Assembly: GCA_018985225.1 (NCBI GenBank)
Contig: JADGIF010000301.1
Span: 1 to 11,391, forward strand
Reading direction: 5' to 3'
Origin: Amoeboradix gromovi X-113
Taxonomy: Eukaryota; Fungi; Sanchytriomycota
Length of the DNA: 11,391 bases
Below the pieces are notes generated by a model, which did no database searches, had not been told where the DNA came from, and was given only the letters and a program-made list of their open reading frames with translations. This document shows positions 7,370 through 11,391 of the stretch, piece after piece. Position 1 is the first letter of the stretch. Every line of letters starts with the position of its first letter. The position numbers and the translations under genes were made by a program.

Positions 7370-8344
7370 ATGTGGTCATCAGTAGTCAGTACCAATAATG
7401 GAAATATAAAATTAAAAGAGATAAACAGAGTTAAGAAAGAGCCAAAAGATGCTGAGAAGATCGAGAGAATAGGATTTATTAATTCCAAGAATGACTGCTT
7501 CTTTCATATAGTATTGCAAGTATTATTGACCGTTCCAAAGTTCAGTTGGGATAAAGAAGACGAATTTTGTTTAGAAATGCATAGACTAAGTAAAGAGATA
7601 TACCGTAGCAACGATTCGATCTTTCCAGATCGAATACACGAACTCATGGAATCAAAATATCCCAACTTTTTGACGGTTCAGCAAGATGTAACCGAGTGCT
7701 TCTACATGATTATAGACATGCTGCACGATTCCATGAAAACAGAGACATTAAATGATGTTGAAGAAGACGAATGGATGGAAATAGGATATAAATCAAAGGC
7801 GGTAGCAAAGAGAAACTATTCTTTTCACAATTCTCCATTTCAAGTGTTCTATGGTCAATTCTGTAACATCATTCTCAAAAACAACAAGAAATCTGCAAAA
7901 TCTATAGAGCCATTCCTTTTTGTATCTTTGGAGCTGAGCAATTCGGTTCAATTTGCAATGAATCAATATGCTTACTCAAATTTCAAATCCAATGAAAACA
8001 CTTACATTCAGTCGCTACCTGAGATTTTGACAATTCAGCTGAAAAGGTTTTATTTTAATAAACAGTCGGGATTAAGCAAGAACAACAAGAACGCAGATTA
8101 CTCAAGTGTTTTGCAAGTTCCTTGTTTTGCAAACGATGTGGAAACTGTTTTTAAATATAAGCTGTATGCAGTTATTTATCATATTGGAAAGACCATTGAG
8201 AGTGGGCACTATACTTGTGCACTATATGATGACAAGTTGGAATCTTGGCTATTTATTGACGATACGAAAGTCGTAAAAATATCAATACAGCAGCTAATGC
8301 ACTATAGAAGAAATGAAGCTTATATGTTAATGTACTATAAGTAA
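7370..8344 (+). CDS. Ubiquitin-specific protease (peptidase C19), Ubp3/USP10-like, ~324 aa
   Basis: Cys box GFINSKNDCFFHIVLQ, QQDVTEC, LPEILTIQLKRF, His box YKLYAVIYHIGKTIESGHY, WLFIDD and AYMLMY. The segment EDEWMEIG...SPFQVFYGQF resembles Ubp3/USP10. The first ATG is 7370; the track start at 7319 is a GTG. Confidence 0.9.
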   Translation: MWSSVVSTNNGNIKLKEINRVKKEPKDAEKIERIGFINSKNDCFFHIVLQVLLTVPKFSWDKEDEFCLEMHRLSKEIYRSNDSIFPDRIHELMESKYPNFLTVQQDVTECFYMIIDMLHDSMKTETLNDVEEDEWMEIGYKSKAVAKRNYSFHNSPFQVFYGQFCNIILKNNKKSAKSIEPFLFVSLELSNSVQFAMNQYAYSNFKSNENTYIQSLPEILTIQLKRFYFNKQSGLSKNNKNADYSSVLQVPCFANDVETVFKYKLYAVIYHIGKTIESGHYTCALYDDKLESWLFIDDTKVVKISIQQLMHYRRNEAYMLMYYK

Positions 8345-8360
8345 TAAATTATTTATATAT

Positions 8361-9203
8361 CTAAGGAACGCAAGCACCAGGTGAATTAGAACTTGAAAAT
8401 ATCGATCTTTGATTCACTTTTGATATTTTGTTGATCAGAATTAACGACATAACATCCAAAGAGGAATATATAACATATTCCAACTGAAGGAAATAATAAA
8501 ACACAATCAGCATTCTGGACCGAATTTTTTGTAGCATGAATATCACAACAAAAATGAATATGATTGTCGTGATAAATATTACAATAAACACCTTGAAATA
8601 GTTTAACATTGCTGTGTATGCTAAGTTTATCTGCTTCGGAATATCAACACATTGAGATTTAATCTTATTTAGCTTTTGAAGTAGCAACATAGAGGAAACA
8701 GCGTCGACTGATATACAATAAAACACCAGCACTAAACCTCCAAACAACACTCTTCTGTATATCAACTGAACGATTATAGTTGAAACAAGCAACAAAAACC
8801 CAACTGTAATGATTGCTGCTTGAAAATCAGCTTTCCAGTTCTTGCTTCTTCTAACTATGCTATATTTAAAAGAGGCACCTACTAATAGTGCAAAAAACAT
8901 TAAATAAGTTACAATTGCAGAGGCTACTGCGCTATTATACAGTGAGACATTACTATTGCATATATTCATGGAATTAATATACATAACATTGCAAACCTCT
9001 AATGGTAGGCATAAGACTGAGGATAAAACGCATCCAGACACAATTGCAATCATCGACATATGGAAATATGTTTTTGAAAATTTTGTTTTCATTTTTAAAC
9101 GTATAGCCGCATATGCGCTGATGGTAACGGATAGCGTGACTAGTGTAAATGCCAGAATAGCATATATCTTTAAATCGTACTTGGTAGGATCACTGGAATC
9201 CAT
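8361..9203 (-). CDS. Orphan seven-transmembrane (GPCR-like) protein, ~280 aa
   Basis: About seven hydrophobic segments, basic residues in alternate loops (KMKTK, RRSK, KLNKIK), and Cys residues in the TM2-TM3 loop. The first ATG is 9203; the track start at 9239 is a TTG. It converges on the USP gene with a 16-nt gap. Confidence 0.75.
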   Translation of the reverse strand: MDSSDPTKYDLKIYAILAFTLVTLSVTISAYAAIRLKMKTKFSKTYFHMSMIAIVSGCVLSSVLCLPLEVCNVMYINSMNICNSNVSLYNSAVASAIVTYLMFFALLVGASFKYSIVRRSKNWKADFQAAIITVGFLLLVSTIIVQLIYRRVLFGGLVLVFYCISVDAVSSMLLLQKLNKIKSQCVDIPKQINLAYTAMLNYFKVFIVIFITTIIFIFVVIFMLQKIRSRMLIVFYYFLQLEYVIYSSLDVMSLILINKISKVNQRSIFSSSNSPGACVP

Positions 9204-10389
9204 GTACAAACAATCTTGTTTTTTAATTATGATTGGCAACTTATTTGCTCATTGGACTGATTAAAATGAGCTTTATGCTTGAAATGATTGCAAATCAATG
9301 CAAGAAGCGTGAAGCGAAAAGAAAGACTTGCCGATATTAATTTGAAATGTCTCCATTCAAAAACAGCAGTTGATTTTAATGCATCGTGGTTACGTGAAAT
9401 TATGACATCAATACTCCGTTTTCATATAGGAACTCTTAAGGTTTAACTTTCGTCTTTATTATAAACAAGGCTGCATTCGGATGTCTTTCTTTCGTCTGTC
9501 ATCTTCACATTCGCAGTAGATCCCTTCTTATTCTTGATAAACTTTTGTATCTGATGACACGAAGATGCCGGATTCCCAGTGAGGTTTCCAGACGTTCTTC
9601 CTACTTGAAAATGAGGACATTTTGTTAGAATAGGTCTCATATACTTTCTAATTCAGTAAGAATAGGAGGTTAATTTTGTCATCTAATGGAGGCAAGGCAT
9701 TAATTACATGTACGGAAGAATTTACTAGTCAAAAGTGTACAAAGGTGTAGGACTCTCAGGAAACCAATATGAAGACAAAAATATATATTAATTATGACTG
9801 AGAACCATTTAGAGCATATATAGAAGCAAGGAGCAGACGGGACTCACTCTATAATATCTAGAATATCTCAAAGGTTTAAAATCAGTTTGTACTTTTAGAA
9901 CGGCCTTGGCTTTCAGCTTTCTAATAACCCCACTATGGGTCCATTTTCATGATGATTCACAAAGATTCAAGGCGCTTCTGTGATAATGAGGATAGGATAG
10001 ACCATGAAAAGAACACTACTGATCGAATAGCATACTCAAATGAATGTAATTTACTTCACGTTATATATACAAAGCTCGTCATCATCGCTGTCAAGATTTT
10101 GCTAATCTGGTGCTACATTGAGTGCAATTTTATTGCAATCTTGACGAGTGAGAGATCCAATGTTAGATCTGCCCAATGTTCACAAGTACTCATAACACTT
10201 ACTCGATTTTATTATTGAATGGTACATTAGTAAAACCGTTTGTGCTAATAGCATGTCTATGATTCCAAGTAATTAAGACCTCCATACAGCTTTGCGGCAT
10301 GTACACTTGCCTTTTGAGGTATTTGTTTCAGAAATATCCAGTTTTGTGAAGTACCCAGACCTTCAAATATAACGGAGGCGAAGTTTCAA

Positions 10390-10680
10390 ATGATGCAAAG
10401 TTCTGTCGATGTAAAGAAGTTGAAAATAACAACTGGTAGTGTTAACAGATTGAAGAAAGAATTAGGCTTGTACAAAAAAGAACATCAAGAGAACCTTGAT
10501 AAGTTGGAAGGATTGAAAGATGTTGCATTGAAAAAACAACAAGAACTAGTGGATGAATCCAAATTGATGATCGATGACTCAGAAAAGAGACTGTCCAAGG
10601 CCGTTAGAGAACTTACTGCTATTGTGAATGTGTCTAATGATTGCGAAGAGAAGAAAGCGGCTTTGAAAGCACTGCAATAA
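10390..10680 (+). CDS. TBCA: Tubulin-specific chaperone A (Rbl2/Alp31 family), 96 aa
   Basis: LKITTGSVNRLKKELGLYKKE...LKKQQELVDESKLMIDDSEKRL matches TBCA LKIKTGVVKRLxKE...KKQxExLxESxMMIPDCxxRL. The stop overlaps AATAAA. Confidence 0.9.
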   Translation: MMQSSVDVKKLKITTGSVNRLKKELGLYKKEHQENLDKLEGLKDVALKKQQELVDESKLMIDDSEKRLSKAVRELTAIVNVSNDCEEKKAALKALQ

Positions 10681-10701
10681 ATTGTATTGTTTTAGTTTTA
10701 G

Positions 10702-10744
10702 ATGGGACACTAAACATAAAAATTAGTCCGATCGATTTTTACAG
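10702..10744 (+). repeat. Short third copy (C) of the repeat terminus
   Basis: ATGGGACACTAAACATAAAAATTAG matches copy A at 22/25, and all three differences are C/T. Weak similarity continues for ~18 nt and then disappears. Confidence 0.7.
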
Positions 10745-11202
10745 AAGTAACCCTTTTTCAAGGCATTCCGTGGCTTTAGGATTACAACAAGCACTCGCAT
10801 ATTTAACAAATTCACTCACATTTTGAAAAATATCTTCATACTTCTGCCTTTTACCGACTTTTAATTTGAAAAAGTGACCAAAATGAGACTCCACTAAAAA
10901 AGCCATGCAATTTTCTTGGAACTTAATGGTGGTCTGATCAAATCGCTAGGTAGCATGCTGCTAATATGATAAATAGTGTTAAATGAATTTGTTACTTTTA
11001 TTTCTCGAATTGTTGCAAATGGGACATACACTACAATAACCAGATATAATTCAAATTTCCGAATTTTAATTTTTTCATTTTTCTAAATCAGAATTTCATA
11101 GAGAGTTAAAGAATTATAGTCACTAAGCTGTAGCATCAATATTCATCATGATACAACATGTTAAAGTTTTTGATTGAAATACGCTACAATAAATAGACAA
11201 AT

Positions 11203-11391
11203 TGGAACACCAAATATAAAAACTAGACTAACTCGTTTTTAAAGGTGCTCCATACTGAGGAAACGCTATCATTAATAAAAGATCTTCTATTATACCAATT
11301 TTCTTTCATTGCTCTCAATCCCCTCTACAAAATAAAACTAGAAGACCCTGCATCTCGTTCAAATATATGAGGTCTTTGAGCATCTAAGCAA
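11203..11391 (+). repeat. Dispersed repeat, copy B (runs off the window edge)
   Basis: About 90% identical to the reverse complement of 72..240. It carries an extra 23 nt (AGACCCTGCATCTCGTTCAAATA). Confidence 0.85.

Noticed and set aside
9931-9939. CACTATGGG, a Transib-like terminus
   Set aside because: Only 9 nt, with no inverted partner in the window.
9949-10022. C/D snoRNA-like layout: ATGATGA ... ATGAGGA ... CTGA over 74 nt
   Set aside because: No proper terminal stem and no convincing rRNA-complementary guide next to D or D'. Such boxes arise by chance in AT-rich DNA. snoscan or small-RNA-seq would decide.
9949-10218. 89-aa plus-strand ORF
   Set aside because: No recognisable domain and no stop-linked AATAAA, so it cannot be supported.
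697-10826. Shadow ORFs (697..915, 1775..2065, 3194..3382, 4656..4874, 4726..4911, 4922..5242, 5223..5600, 5698..5886, 8956..9264, 10641..10826)
   Set aside because: They are antisense or alternative-frame overlaps of better-supported genes, with no independent evidence.
1-11391. Alternative genetic code (TAA/TAG reassignment), tRNA, rRNA or CRISPR array
   Set aside because: Conserved genes end at TAA/TGA exactly where expected and have no internal stops. No cloverleaf, rRNA or regularly spaced repeat array was seen.

Overview
AT-rich, very gene-dense eukaryotic DNA. The protein sequences suggest an opisthokont, probably an early-diverging fungus; this is inference only. The standard genetic code fits. 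Eight protein genes are supported: a small orphan membrane protein, eIF1/SUI1, Rap1, Tom40, a very divergent Retinoblastoma (pocket) protein, a Ubp3/USP10-type deubiquitinase, a 7-TM GPCR-like orphan and tubulin cofactor A. Features the ORF track misses: (1) two 19-nt GT-AG introns, in Rap1 and Rb, plus an 89-nt intron that splits the Rap1 start codon; (2) a ~0.5 kb internally deleted IS607/Fanzor2(TnpB)-like element just behind the Rb stop codon, with a serine-transposase MerR-HTH remnant, a TnpB C-terminal remnant, short end repeats and a structured candidate omegaRNA region; (3) a repeat present as ~90%-identical inverted copies at the two window ends, plus a third short terminal copy; (4) AATAAA overlapping the stop codon in 5 of 8 genes.
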